Positions 1 to 9,590 of a stretch of DNA of 64,000 nt are shown piece by piece. The DNA lies in assembly GCA_965223845.1 (NCBI GenBank), contig CBDCXR010000004.1, positions 4,224,001-4,288,000 of the forward strand, in the 5' to 3' direction. The DNA comes from Planctomycetota bacterium (GTDB taxonomy: Bacteria; Planctomycetota; UBA8108; SXIK01). Every line of letters starts with the position of its first letter. Position 1 is the stretch's first letter. Under the pieces are notes generated by a model. That model was not told the origin of the DNA. It worked only from the letters and a program-made list of their open reading frames with translations, and made no database searches. The translations under genes and the position numbers were made by a program.

Positions 1-88
1 AGCCACTCCCAGGCAGTCGTAGGTCACCGAAATCGCTCGCGTACCGCGCAGCTGGTGCAAGAGACCGGAAGCGTGCTACGCTTCGCCC

Positions 89-301
89 ATGGCACTTAGT
101 GAAACCGACCTCGAGAACATTCGCGCCGTGGTTCGAGACGAAGTTGAAGCTGTTCGGAAGGAATTGAGTCTCGAAATTCAGTCCGTTCGCGACGAACTTG
201 CCGGACACCGGCGGACAATCACACGAAGATTCGACGCGCTTGAGATTCTTATCGCAAGGCACAGCGAGGAACTCGACGAGCTTCACAAAAAGTCCGCGTG
301 A
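89..301 (+). CDS. Small coiled-coil hypothetical protein (70 aa)
   Basis: ATG ORF with heptad-like L/I/V and charged pattern; stop lies 6 bp before the insertion-element end at 308. Confidence 0.65.
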   Translation: MALSETDLENIRAVVRDEVEAVRKELSLEIQSVRDELAGHRRTITRRFDALEILIARHSEELDELHKKSA

Positions 302-307
302 CTGTCG

Positions 308-1069
308 CCGTATGGTCAAAATACTCGAACACCACCGATCGGAAGGACTTAAGGCTCCCGCAGACCGCTTGATTCTATCCTCACTCGTCGATCACGATCG
401 CGGGATTGAGACTGCGATGTCGAGGAAGCGATGGACTGGAAAAAGCTCTTGGCGTACGCGACCGGCTCGGTTGACGAGGAGCTGCTGCTTCGGAACGAGT
501 ACCTGGTGACGGAGAACCGGATTCTCAGAGACCAAATCTCCGGGCGGCCGAAATTGACCGACGGCGAACGTCGCGCGCTCGCCGAAATCGGCAAGAGACT
601 GGGCCGTCGTGCTCTCGAGGAGATCGCGACGATCGTCAAGCCCGACACGATTCTTGCGTGGCACCGGCGTCTGATCGCGAAGAAGTTCGACGGCTCGAAG
701 AAACGACGGTCGCCAGGCCGTCCACCGATCGAGGCTGAGATCGAGAAGCTGATTGTCGATCTCGCCAAGGAGAATCGGAGCTGGGGCTACGACCGAATCG
801 CCGGAACGCTCGCGAACCTCGGACACAACGTCAGCGACCAAACGGTCGGCAACGTTCTGAAGCTGCACGGCCTTCCGCCGGCGCCGACGCGCTCTAAGAC
901 GACGACGTGGAGCGAGTTCGTGCGGCCTCACATGGACGTCCTCACTGCGACTGACTTCTTCACCGCGGAGGTGTGGACGAAGGCCGGCCTCGTTACGTAC
1001 TACGTGCTGTTTTTCGTCCGGTTGTCGACGCGTCGCGTTCACATCGCCGGCATGACTTTTGACCCTACG
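308..1069 (+). mobile_element. Family-1 integrase-core IS, internally deleted copy with both ends
   Basis: Left end CCGTATGGTCAAAATACTC at 308. Near-identical to the 1722-2925 element up to ...GCCGGCATGA, then jumps straight to a right-end sequence TTTTGACCCTACG (1057-1069). Confidence 0.85.
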
Positions 1070-1123
1070 AGCTCTCAGTCCACGACACCCGAACGCCATT
1101 CTTCCGATACTCGGCGTACCTGA
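431..1123 (+). pseudogene. Truncated rve/DDE integrase-core transposase
   Basis: Matches the 353-aa protein at 1846-2907 to ...RVHIAGMT, then diverges; lacks the second Asp and the Glu of the DDE triad. Confidence 0.9.
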
Positions 1124-1198
1124 CGCCCTCGGGTCGACCTCGCTGGTCGCGACCGAACTTGTCCGCGTCCGCTTTTGAGACCAATGCCGACCGAACAA

Positions 1199-1684
1199 TC
1201 ACTCCGACCTACGCCGTTGTATCTCGCTCTTCGCGGCCTCGAGGACGGATCGTGCCTCGATCCACTCAGGATCGATCGACAAAGCCCGCTCAGCATTCTC
1301 AGCCGATCGTTGGGGATCAAAAGAAAGTTGCATATTGGCGAGCATCGTCAGTATCTCTGCATTCGTAGAGATGTCAGCTGACCGCTCGTAGCAGAACGCT
1401 GCTTTCTCAAAAGCTCCCCTGGACTCCATGAGCATTCCAAGTTCGTTCCAAGCGTAAGAGAGACCTTCATCGACGGCTATTGCTTTACGGAGCGATTGCT
1501 CCGCGTCGTCGTACGCACCCAAGCAGCGAAGCACCCGCCCCTGGTAGACGAGAACCAGCGGATCCTCGGGCTTGAACGTCAGCGCTCGTTCAAGAAGATC
1601 TGCCGCTTCCGAATGGAATCCTTTGGAGCTGAGTTCAATCGCTTTCTTCGCCAGCCGCCCCTGTGGTGTCTCACTAAATCTCAT
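1199..1684 (-). CDS. Tetratricopeptide repeat protein (161 aa)
   Basis: Several TPR motifs (e.g. AWNELGMLMESRGAFEKAAFCYERSA). Confidence 0.85.
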   Translation of the reverse strand: MRFSETPQGRLAKKAIELSSKGFHSEAADLLERALTFKPEDPLVLVYQGRVLRCLGAYDDAEQSLRKAIAVDEGLSYAWNELGMLMESRGAFEKAAFCYERSADISTNAEILTMLANMQLSFDPQRSAENAERALSIDPEWIEARSVLEAAKSEIQRRRSE

Positions 1685-1721
1685 CTAACCATATCGTGTT
1701 AGTGTAATTAATATTCCAAAT

Positions 1722-2925
1722 CCCGTATGGTCAAAATACTCGAACGCCATCGACCGGAAGGACTTAGAGCTCCCGCTGACCGCTTGATTCTACCCGCACG
1801 CGTCGATCATGATCGCGGGTTTCAGACGGCGGTGTCGAGGAAGCGATGGACTGGAAAAAGCTCTTGGCGTACGTAGCCGGCTCGGTTGACGAGGAGCTGC
1901 TGCTTCGGAACGAGTACCTCGTAACGGAGAACCGGATCCTCCGAGACCAAATCTCCGGGCGTCCGAAGTTGACCAACGGGGAACGTCGCGCGCTCGCCGA
2001 AATCGGCAAGAGAATGGGCCGTCGTGCTCTCGAGGAGATCGCGACGATCGTCAAGCCGGACACGACTCTTGCGTGGCACCGGCGTCTGATCGCGAAGAAG
2101 TTCGACGGCTCGAAGAAACGACGGTCGCCAGGCCGTCCACCGATCGACGCTGAGATCGAGAAGTTGATTGTCGATCTAGCCAAGGAGAATCGGAGCTGGG
2201 GCTACGACCGAATCGCCGGAACGCTCGCGAACCTCGGACACAACGTCAGCGACCAAACGGTCGGCAACGTTCTGAAGATGCACGGCCATCCGCCGACGCC
2301 GAGGCGCGCTAAGACGACGACGTGGAGCGAGTTCGTGCGCTCTCACATGGACGTCCTCACCGCGACCGACTTTTTCACCGCGGAGGTGTGGACGAAGGCT
2401 GGGCTCGTTACGTACTACGTGCTGTTCTTCGTCCGGTTGTCGACGCGTCGCGTTCACATCGCCGGCATGACGCCGAATCCGCACGAGGACTGGATGGTCC
2501 AGGTCGCTCGGAACGTCAGCATGGTCGAGTTCGGATTCCTTCGGGCCGGCGACTACCTCATCCACGATCGCGACGGGAAGTTCAGCCCGAAGTTCATCGA
2601 GACGCTCAGGGCCGCCGACGTCGAACCGGTCAAGTTACCGGCGCGTAGCCCGAATCTGAACGCGTACGCCGAACGCTGGGTGCGCAGCGTGAAAGAAGAG
2701 TGCCTCTCGAAGCTGATCCTCTTCGGCGAGGCATCGCTTCGTCGAGTTCTGTCCGAGTACCTCGAGCACTATCACGGCGAGCGAAACCACCAGGGAAGGG
2801 ACAACGTCATCTTGTTCCCGGCCGAGGAGTTCGAAGTCGACGGGCCAGTTCGGCGGCGAAAGCGGCTCGGAGGGCTGCTGAACTTCTATCACCGAGAGGC
2901 CGGATGAGTTTTTTGACTATACGGG
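1722..2925 (+). mobile_element. Family-1 integrase-core IS, intact copy (1204 bp) with 20-bp terminal inverted repeats
   Basis: Left CCCGTATGGTCAAAATACTC (1722-1741) versus the reverse complement of 2906-2925, CCCGTATAGTCAAAAAACTC (18/20 match); single ORF inside; no obvious target duplication. Confidence 0.9.
1846..2907 (+). CDS. Integrase core domain (rve, DDE) transposase with N-terminal HTH, 353 aa
   Basis: ATDFF, LIHDRD and [16 protein letters not shown] motifs; [10 protein letters not shown]-terminal motif; stop overlaps the right TIR. Confidence 0.92.
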   Translation: MDWKKLLAYVAGSVDEELLLRNEYLVTENRILRDQISGRPKLTNGERRALAEIGKRMGRRALEEIATIVKPDTTLAWHRRLIAKKFDGSKKRRSPGRPPIDAEIEKLIVDLAKENRSWGYDRIAGTLANLGHNVSDQTVGNVLKMHGHPPTPRRAKTTTWSEFVRSHMDVLTATDFFTAEVWTKAGLVTYYVLFFVRLSTRRVHIAGMTPNPHEDWMVQVARNVSMVEFGFLRAGDYLIHDRDGKFSPKFIETLRAADVEPVKLPARSPNLNAYAERWVRSVKEECLSKLILFGEASLRRVLSEYLEHYHGERNHQGRDNVILFPAEEFEVDGPVRRRKRLGGLLNFYHREAG

Positions 2926-2933
2926 TTACCATT

Positions 2934-4049
2934 CTACGGCTCGGTTGCTTCCGCTCGTACCGCCGCCAGTGCGTCCGCGAGGAGTTGTCGTGCCGTTTCT
3001 TCGTCAACGCCGACGGGCGGCAGCGGGTCCAATGCTCCGGGGGCGACTTTCACCGGCCCCTCGTCTCTGCTCACAAATGAGTCGAGGATTCGCTGGAACA
3101 TTGATACCGGATCGCGCCCAACCAGCCCACTTGTGTGCTTCGTCAGCGCTTGCTCGATGATCTTCAGGCATTCCTCGAACGAACGTGTTTCGTCTTCTGG
3201 GTCTGGGGGCAGAATCGGGATAAGGTCGGACGGAAGCTCGCGTCCCGTGAGATTAAAGTGGCCAGCCAAGCCTTCAATGTGCGGTTCGACTACCCAGCCG
3301 GGCCACTGTTCTCGCAGGTACGGGAGGTCCTCCGGCAAGTCCTCCTGATCGCGCGCGGCGACAGAGAAATGGATTGTCTTGGCCTCGGCGTCGATAACCG
3401 CGCAGTCGTCGAGGTGATCTCCGAGTACGCCCTTTGCGTCCTCGTCGGCCTCCAAGGGACGCTCCGCGTGGCGCGTTCGCGCTTCCTCGAGGGCGGGCAG
3501 GCGATCAAGGGAGTCCAGCAGAGGCGGCCCGTTCATGAGGATGCCGATCAAGTAGAAATCTGATACCCGGTCGTTCCAACCGTCCGTGGCCTTCACCGAC
3601 AGTAGGCCGCCGTAGATGTTCTCCTCGAAGTTGTCTCCGAAGTCGTCCGGACTGATAGCATGAGGTGGAGATGGAGCACTGCACACCGAGTTGGGATCGA
3701 CACCGACCTGTGCGGCGACTTCGGGAAGACCCTCCACCCACTGCACCGTCCAACCGTGGGGTCTCCACAGGTGGTTCATGAGCTTCACGATGACCACACG
3801 AAGGTCCGACTCGTCTAGATCGTCACCCCCGTAGAAGGCAAGCGTGCGGGTGTCCATGTCGAGCGCAGCTCCCCCCTCGGCCCAAACGTCATCGAGCCAA
3901 TCTCCGGTCTCCTCGGTTTGCTCGATAAACGCGCGGGCATACTGAGGACCCCAGAAGAGGTCTTGCGGCACGGTGAGCGCACCCCAGTGCGAGTAGAAGA
4001 CGCGTACCACGCCTTGGTCGCGGATCGCATAGTTCGCTCGGTGTCCCAT
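2934..4049 (-). CDS. Hypothetical protein (MGHRANY...YSHWGA N-terminus)
   Basis: Long acidic ORF with natural composition; likely start ATG 4049 (ORF open to 4169); stop lies 8 bp from the right TIR. Confidence 0.75.
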   Translation of the reverse strand: MGHRANYAIRDQGVVRVFYSHWGALTVPQDLFWGPQYARAFIEQTEETGDWLDDVWAEGGAALDMDTRTLAFYGGDDLDESDLRVVIVKLMNHLWRPHGWTVQWVEGLPEVAAQVGVDPNSVCSAPSPPHAISPDDFGDNFEENIYGGLLSVKATDGWNDRVSDFYLIGILMNGPPLLDSLDRLPALEEARTRHAERPLEADEDAKGVLGDHLDDCAVIDAEAKTIHFSVAARDQEDLPEDLPYLREQWPGWVVEPHIEGLAGHFNLTGRELPSDLIPILPPDPEDETRSFEECLKIIEQALTKHTSGLVGRDPVSMFQRILDSFVSRDEGPVKVAPGALDPLPPVGVDEETARQLLADALAAVRAEATEP

Positions 4050-4171
4050 GTTGATTCCAATAAGTTCGTGCCCGCCTCTCGTCTTGGGAATATTTTCGAA
4101 TCTTGTGTCCTGACGGGAGATGAAAAGGCGGCGTATCCTATCGATTGATTCAAACGCCGACGCCGACATGG

Positions 4172-4422
4172 CGTACGGTCAAAATACTCGAACGCCGCCG
4201 ATCGGAAGGACTTAGAGCTCCCGCTGTCCGCTTGATTCTACCAGCGCGTCGATCAAGATCGCGGGTTTCAGACGGCGGTGTCGAGGGTGCGATGGACTGG
4301 AAGAAGCTGCCAGTGTACGCGACCGGCTCGGTTGACGAGGAGCTGCGGCTTCGGAACGAGTACCTGGTGACGGAGAACCGGATTCTCAGAGACCAAATCT
4401 CCGGGCGGCCGAAATTGACCGA
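4172..4422 (+). mobile_element. Family-1 IS left end plus 5' transposase fragment, interrupted by a family-2 element
   Basis: CGTACGGTCAAAATACTC end and [18 protein letters not shown]...RPKLTD; homology stops exactly where the family-2 TIR begins. Confidence 0.85.
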
Positions 4423-5851
4423 CGTGCTCCGCGTCACGACATTCCGGACTTCATCGCACGGAACACCGTCGCCCGACGGCGTAAGCTGATCGGTGTCCGA
4501 CTATGCGAGGCGATCGAGACAAGTGCCGACGGCCGGCCCGTCAACGGGTCAACGTGCAGGTTCTCCCCGAATGCTGAATGACAGGAAATTCTCTTCGCTG
4601 CTCCGCGGTCCGGACTCCGACGGACCTTCTACTCCCCCACCGCTTTCCGGCACACACGGCACGACCTCGACCGGTTCTCGGCCATCCGGACAACGCGAGC
4701 CGCCGTTCGTTCGGCTTCGAGGCGCTCGGGAACGTGGTCGCCCGTCCCAAAGTACATCTCGTCCGGCGTCTGCCCGCGAAATGCGGAGTGCGGAAGCCGG
4801 GAGTTGTACTCGTTGACGTAGAATTCTACGAGTCGAACGACCGAATCGACTGAGTCGAGAGGGTTCAGGAAGAGCCATTGGTGCTTCAGCGACCTCCACC
4901 ACGATTCGATCATCGTCGGGAGAAGTTGTCGATCACGGCGTAGAGATACGCACGAGTCCCGTCGAGAAGCCGGACGACGCTGGTGTCGACGTGCCAGATC
5001 TCATTTGGTGACGACGCGCGGATTCCAAGTCTCGGTTTCGCGGGATGGATACGCTTCCGAGGTCGCCGCCAGCCGTTTTTCCGTACGAGTCGGTGCCAGG
5101 TCGACGGCGAGGCGAAGACACGTCCGATCCGTTGGGCGAGGATGGCCAGAGCTCCTGTGGAGACGTGGCGATACTCACTGGACGTCACCATGTCCTTCAC
5201 CACCTCGCGTTCCTCTGGCGTGAGCTGCTGAGGATGCGACTGCGGGCAGGACGAAGCATCCTCGAGTTCATACTTCTCCTCGCGCCTCCAGTCACGATAC
5301 CGCGTTTTCGATAGGCCCAAGACCCTAAGGGTCGACCGGAGCGACAGCGCCGTCTTCGATCGATCGACGGCACGCAGGAGGAGGCGCTTTTTTTGTTCTC
5401 CCGGGACACGTCTACCGCGGAGTGTCACCTCGCAGACCTTCACGAGCACGACGAGTAGCCGCAGGATCGCGAGAAGCCTCTCTTGACTCGCTCGGAGATC
5501 GAGCACCTCCTGACGGAGCTCGTGATCGGTCATGGACGTGACGTCGAGCGAGATGACCTTCGGCGACGCGAGGCGTGACCGGTCCCGAGCGGTGGAACGT
5601 GGAACGCCGTTCCTCACGGCGAGTTCGATGTCACGAGATTCACGAATGACTTCACGGAATCGGCGATCGTAGCGGCGGCGCGCTCTTCGCGTTTGCATGC
5701 CCCGATGATCCGAAACGCCGACTCACGACCAAGTGCTTTGCGACGTGTCAAAGTCCCGGCTGGCGACCGTGAGGTTCTGCAACTCCCCGTCACGCGGTAA
5801 GATGACGGCGTTCCGTGCGCTGAAGTTCGGGATGTCGTGACACGGAGCACG
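4423..5851 (-). mobile_element. Family-2 IS with ~48-bp imperfect terminal inverted repeats
   Basis: CGTGCTCCGCGTCACGACATTCCGGACTTCATCGCACGGAACACCGTC at 4423 versus the reverse complement ending at 5851, CGTGCTCCGTGTCACGACATCCCGAACTTCAGCGCACGGAACGCCGTC; encloses a DDE transposase remnant. Confidence 0.85.
4629..5698 (-). pseudogene. rve/DDE transposase, split and internally deleted
   Basis: ORF 4910-5698 ends at WHVDTS...AVIDNFSRR and ORF 4629-4913 resumes at MIESWWRSLK...YNSRLPHSA; the central part of the rve domain is missing. Confidence 0.82.
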
Positions 5852-5950
5852 GGTGGCGACGCGCGGTGCGGCAAGGCCGGACCACCCCACCTCCGAAAAA
5901 CCTTGTCTAACCAGGGACACATGGGCGCTGACCATCTACTGTAGAAGGCC

Positions 5951-7576
5951 ATGTCTGCTCACTCCCCATATCCCGACAACGACCGGCCACGACGCGGATT
6001 GTTCGCCCGCTTCCTCGATATCGTCGAGTGGCTAGGCAATCTCCTACCCCATCCGGTCACGCTGTTCGCAGTGATCTGTGTGGGCATCCTGCTCTTGTCC
6101 GGTGTGGCCGGCTATTTCGAATGGCAGGTGGCCGATCCGCGTCCCGAGGGTGCCAAGGGGCGCGCGCCGGACGGCGTCATTCGAGCCGTCAGTCTCCTGA
6201 ATCCCGAAGGTCTGCGACGCATCGGCATGGGCCTGGTGACGAACTTCACCGGCTTCGCTCCCCTGGGCACGGTACTGGTCGCAATTCTCGGGGTGGGGGT
6301 GGCCGAGCGTTCGGGATTGCTCGGCGCGGTGATTCGCGCTCTCGTGCTCGGCGCCCCGCGCAATTTGCTCACGATGGTCATCGTATTTGCGGCCGTGGTT
6401 TCCAACACCGCGTCCGAAATGGGCTACGTCTTGCTCATTCCACTCGCCGCCGTCATCTTTCAGTCGGTCGGTCGCAACCCGCTCGTCGGCTTGGCCGCCG
6501 CGTTCGCCGGTGTGTCCGGGGGCTACTCGGCGAACATCTTGATCGGGACGGTGGATCCGCTCCTGTCCGGCATCACGACCGAGGCGGCGAGCTTGATCGA
6601 TCCCTCCTACGCGCAGGGTGCGGGAAACGAGGTCCTCCCGACTGCGAACTACTACTTCATGGCCGTCAGTACGATCCTGATCACGATCCTCGGCACTCTG
6701 GTGACGACACGAATCGTCGAGCCCAAGCTCGGCAAGTACGATCCCAGCCGTGCGGAGGAAGGAGCTGGCGATGCGACCAAAGAGATGGGAGCGCTGTCGG
6801 CGAAGGAGAAGCGCGGGCTCAAGTTGGCCGGCTTGACTGTGCTGGTCATGGTGCTCGGCCTCTTAGCGATGACGCTGCCCGAGAACGGCTGGCTCCGGGA
6901 CCCCGGTGAGAACGAGACCGTCGTCCAGGATCTGCGCCCGATGCTGAAGAGCGTCGTAGCCCTGATCTTCGTGCTCTTCGCGGTCCCGGGCGTGATCTAC
7001 GGGCGCATCACCGGTTCGATGAAGACCGATCGGGACGTGATCGACGGCATGGCCAAGTCGATGAGCTCGTTGGGTCTCTACCTCGTCCTAGTCTTCTTCG
7101 CCGCCCAATTTGTCGCCTTTTTCAACTGGACGAACCTCGGCGCCATCACGGCGGTCGTCGGCGCTGACTTCCTCAAGGAGTGGAACCTCACCGGCCCCGC
7201 GGTCTTCATCCCGTTCATCTTGATTTGCTGTTGTGTCAACTTGATGTTGGGCAGCGCCTCGGCTCAATGGGCGGTCACGGCACCGATTTTCGTTCCGATG
7301 CTGATGAGCATCGGCTACAGCCCTCAAGTCATCCAGTCCGCCTATCGCATCGGAGATTCGACGACGAACATCATCACGCCGATGATGAGCTACTTCGGAC
7401 TGATCTTGGCCTTTGCCATGCGCTACGACAAGAAGATCGGGATAGGCACGCTCGTCTCGATGATGATTCCCTACTCGATCGCGTACCTGGTCGGCTGGAT
7501 CATCCTCTTCTACGTCTGGGTCTTCGCGCTCGGTCTCCCGGTGGGTCCCGGTACTCCAACGTACTACACGCCCTGA
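5951..7576 (+). CDS. abgT: AbgT family transporter (p-aminobenzoyl-glutamate transporter / YdaH-MtrF-like)
   Basis: GNLLPHP, NFTGFAPLG, FAGVSGGYSAN and AYRIGDSTTNIITP motifs; many TM helices. Confidence 0.93.
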   Translation: MSAHSPYPDNDRPRRGLFARFLDIVEWLGNLLPHPVTLFAVICVGILLLSGVAGYFEWQVADPRPEGAKGRAPDGVIRAVSLLNPEGLRRIGMGLVTNFTGFAPLGTVLVAILGVGVAERSGLLGAVIRALVLGAPRNLLTMVIVFAAVVSNTASEMGYVLLIPLAAVIFQSVGRNPLVGLAAAFAGVSGGYSANILIGTVDPLLSGITTEAASLIDPSYAQGAGNEVLPTANYYFMAVSTILITILGTLVTTRIVEPKLGKYDPSRAEEGAGDATKEMGALSAKEKRGLKLAGLTVLVMVLGLLAMTLPENGWLRDPGENETVVQDLRPMLKSVVALIFVLFAVPGVIYGRITGSMKTDRDVIDGMAKSMSSLGLYLVLVFFAAQFVAFFNWTNLGAITAVVGADFLKEWNLTGPAVFIPFILICCCVNLMLGSASAQWAVTAPIFVPMLMSIGYSPQVIQSAYRIGDSTTNIITPMMSYFGLILAFAMRYDKKIGIGTLVSMMIPYSIAYLVGWIILFYVWVFALGLPVGPGTPTYYTP

Positions 7577-7613
7577 CGATGGATTGCGGGGCGGCGCCAG
7601 CCCCCGTCTGGTC

Positions 7614-7634
7614 GGATGTCGTGACACGGAGCAC
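7614..7634 (-). repeat. Solo family-2 IS end
   Basis: GGATGTCGTGACACGGAGCAC, identical to 5830-5850 and in the same orientation. Confidence 0.8.
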
Positions 7635-7670
7635 CGCGATGCGCGATCGTTCCGCCGGGAAGAGCTCGTC

Positions 7671-7880
7671 TCAGACGGGATCCAGTTTCGCGAGAGCGGT
7701 CGCGATGTGGCGTTCGTTGAAACGCATCGCTTCAAGGCCCCGTAGCTCGCGTTTCGCTTCCTCGAGACGAACGCGCGAATCGCGATTTCGAACGCGTTGA
7801 AGATTCTCGATCTCGGATTCCACATCCCGAGCTTCTTCGCTGTATTGAGCTCGACTCGATCCAAAAAAACCAAACAGCAT
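7671..7880 (-). CDS. Small hypothetical protein
   Basis: ATG overlaps the TGA of the upstream hydrolase (TGATG coupling); coiled-coil-like charged sequence. Confidence 0.4.
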   Translation of the reverse strand: MLFGFFGSSRAQYSEEARDVESEIENLQRVRNRDSRVRLEEAKRELRGLEAMRFNERHIATALAKLDPV

Positions 7881-9472
7881 CAAACGCCAAGGGAGGACGC
7901 GGACCGACTCGCTGATTCAGACGGCGGCATCGATCTGAATGCACTGGCCAGCAGGTACGTGCGCACCAGCCCCCAGCCGATCGCAAAGGCTCCACTGGCG
8001 ACGGCGAGGCTTCCAGCGTCGGGGACGAAGAGAAAGAGTCCGGTCAGCGTCATATCGAAGATCCGCGGGAGGACCACGAGCAGACCGGTGGCAATACCCA
8101 CGCAGGCAACCGTCGGCAATGCGAGGTGCCATCCCCATCGTTTCCAGCGATTGGCGGGACGCCTCTTCGGCAATCTTTTCCACTTGAGTAGCATATAGAA
8201 TGTTCTTGCCGCCGCCGCCAACTGCGCGACCAAGAGTAAGGTGAGCAGCAGGATCGGCAACGGCATGACGCTCCCCTGAACGGGGGGGGGCTCCTCACCG
8301 AAGAGCAAGTCCACAACGCCACGCGCCAGCTGAGCGGGGCGATGCCCTGACACGTAGTCCTCGGCATTGATCAAGATGGCGACCCCCCAGTTCTCCGAGG
8401 GGACGAGAGCGGCGAAGGCGTGGAACGACTCCACCGCTCCGGAATGTGAGATGAATCTCACCCCATGCACCCGCCGGACGGACCATCCCAACGCATAGCC
8501 CTCCTCACCGTCCTCACTGAATTGAGGACGAAACAGTTCACTGACGATCTCGTCTGACACGGCGTTCTCAGTGCCGTCAGGGCTGCGACCGCGCAATAAG
8601 GCTAACAGGTACTTGCCCATGTCCTCGGCAGTCGAGACGAGCCAACCAGCCGGAACGAGGACCCTTGAGTGTGGAACGTCCTCGACTGCAACGGGCTGCC
8701 CGAACCAGTACCGATGGCCGGTCGCCAAGTCACGCGGTTGAGCCGCCGAGACCGAAGCGAGGCTATTCCTCATTCCGAGCGGGGCAAACAGCTCCCGCTC
8801 CATGAAGTCCTCGTAGCTCCGCCCCGTGACAGCCTCGATTATCGCGCCGAGAATGACGTAGTTCGCGTTCGAGTAGCAGAACGCCTTCCCCGGCTCCGCG
8901 CCAAGAGTCGCACTCGAGAAGCTCTCGACGCCATCGGCCAAGGCCTCCTCGGAAGTGTTCGCCACACCGAAGAACTTTCTTCCCTCGAATAAGGAGAGTC
9001 CGCTTCGATGGGCAAGTAGGTGGCGTACGGTGATCCGTTCCGCGGCTCGTTCGTCGGCAGTCCGAAAGGTCGGAAGGTAGCGTCGAACCGGAGCGTCCAG
9101 CTCAATGTTCCCAGATTCGACCAGTTTCATGACGGCCAATGCCGTCATGGACTTCGACACCGAGCCAATGACAAACGGGGTTTGTGGCGTAACCGCTCGC
9201 CCGCTCGGATCAGTAACTCCGAATCCTCTCGCATGAACAATCCGACTGTTTTGAACGATCGCAATCGCAGCTCCGGGGATGCTGGCGCCCTCAAGTTGGC
9301 TCGTTACGTACGCATCAAGACGCGAGAAAGCTTCGGCGTCGAGCTCCCTGGCGTAGGATCCGGTCGGCGACGCGAGCACGGCCAGCAGAAAAGCCGGCAC
9401 AGGCCAGAGTACTGATCGAGACCACGAGAGTAGTGACGCTACCTGCACGAGCGAAAAATCTCTGACGCCCAT
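7880..9472 (-). CDS. Serine hydrolase (beta-lactamase class C/AmpC-like) with C-terminal TM helices
   Basis: SVSK (SxxK), YSN and HSG motifs; signal peptide; three hydrophobic C-terminal segments; start inferred at 9472. Confidence 0.9.
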   Translation of the reverse strand: MGVRDFSLVQVASLLSWSRSVLWPVPAFLLAVLASPTGSYARELDAEAFSRLDAYVTSQLEGASIPGAAIAIVQNSRIVHARGFGVTDPSGRAVTPQTPFVIGSVSKSMTALAVMKLVESGNIELDAPVRRYLPTFRTADERAAERITVRHLLAHRSGLSLFEGRKFFGVANTSEEALADGVESFSSATLGAEPGKAFCYSNANYVILGAIIEAVTGRSYEDFMERELFAPLGMRNSLASVSAAQPRDLATGHRYWFGQPVAVEDVPHSRVLVPAGWLVSTAEDMGKYLLALLRGRSPDGTENAVSDEIVSELFRPQFSEDGEEGYALGWSVRRVHGVRFISHSGAVESFHAFAALVPSENWGVAILINAEDYVSGHRPAQLARGVVDLLFGEEPPPVQGSVMPLPILLLTLLLVAQLAAAARTFYMLLKWKRLPKRRPANRWKRWGWHLALPTVACVGIATGLLVVLPRIFDMTLTGLFLFVPDAGSLAVASGAFAIGWGLVRTYLLASAFRSMPPSESASRSASSLGV

Positions 9473-9590
9473 CGCATCACCACCGGGCTCAGGACCTCGA
9501 CGGCGTGCGTTGCGTGTGGGGCGCAACGTCAAAGTAGATCCTATGTCCGTGTCGGACGAACAGTCACTCAGGATCGACATCGGCCGTCCC

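Noticed and set aside
308-4422. Classical integron (IntI plus attC)
   Set aside because: The recombinase is a DDE/rve enzyme, not a tyrosine recombinase, and no RYYYAAC...GTTRRRY attC sites were evident
7880-9472. Bona fide beta-lactam resistance gene
   Set aside because: SxxK/YxN hydrolases with C-terminal TM helices are mostly peptidases or esterases; the motifs alone do not show beta-lactamase activity
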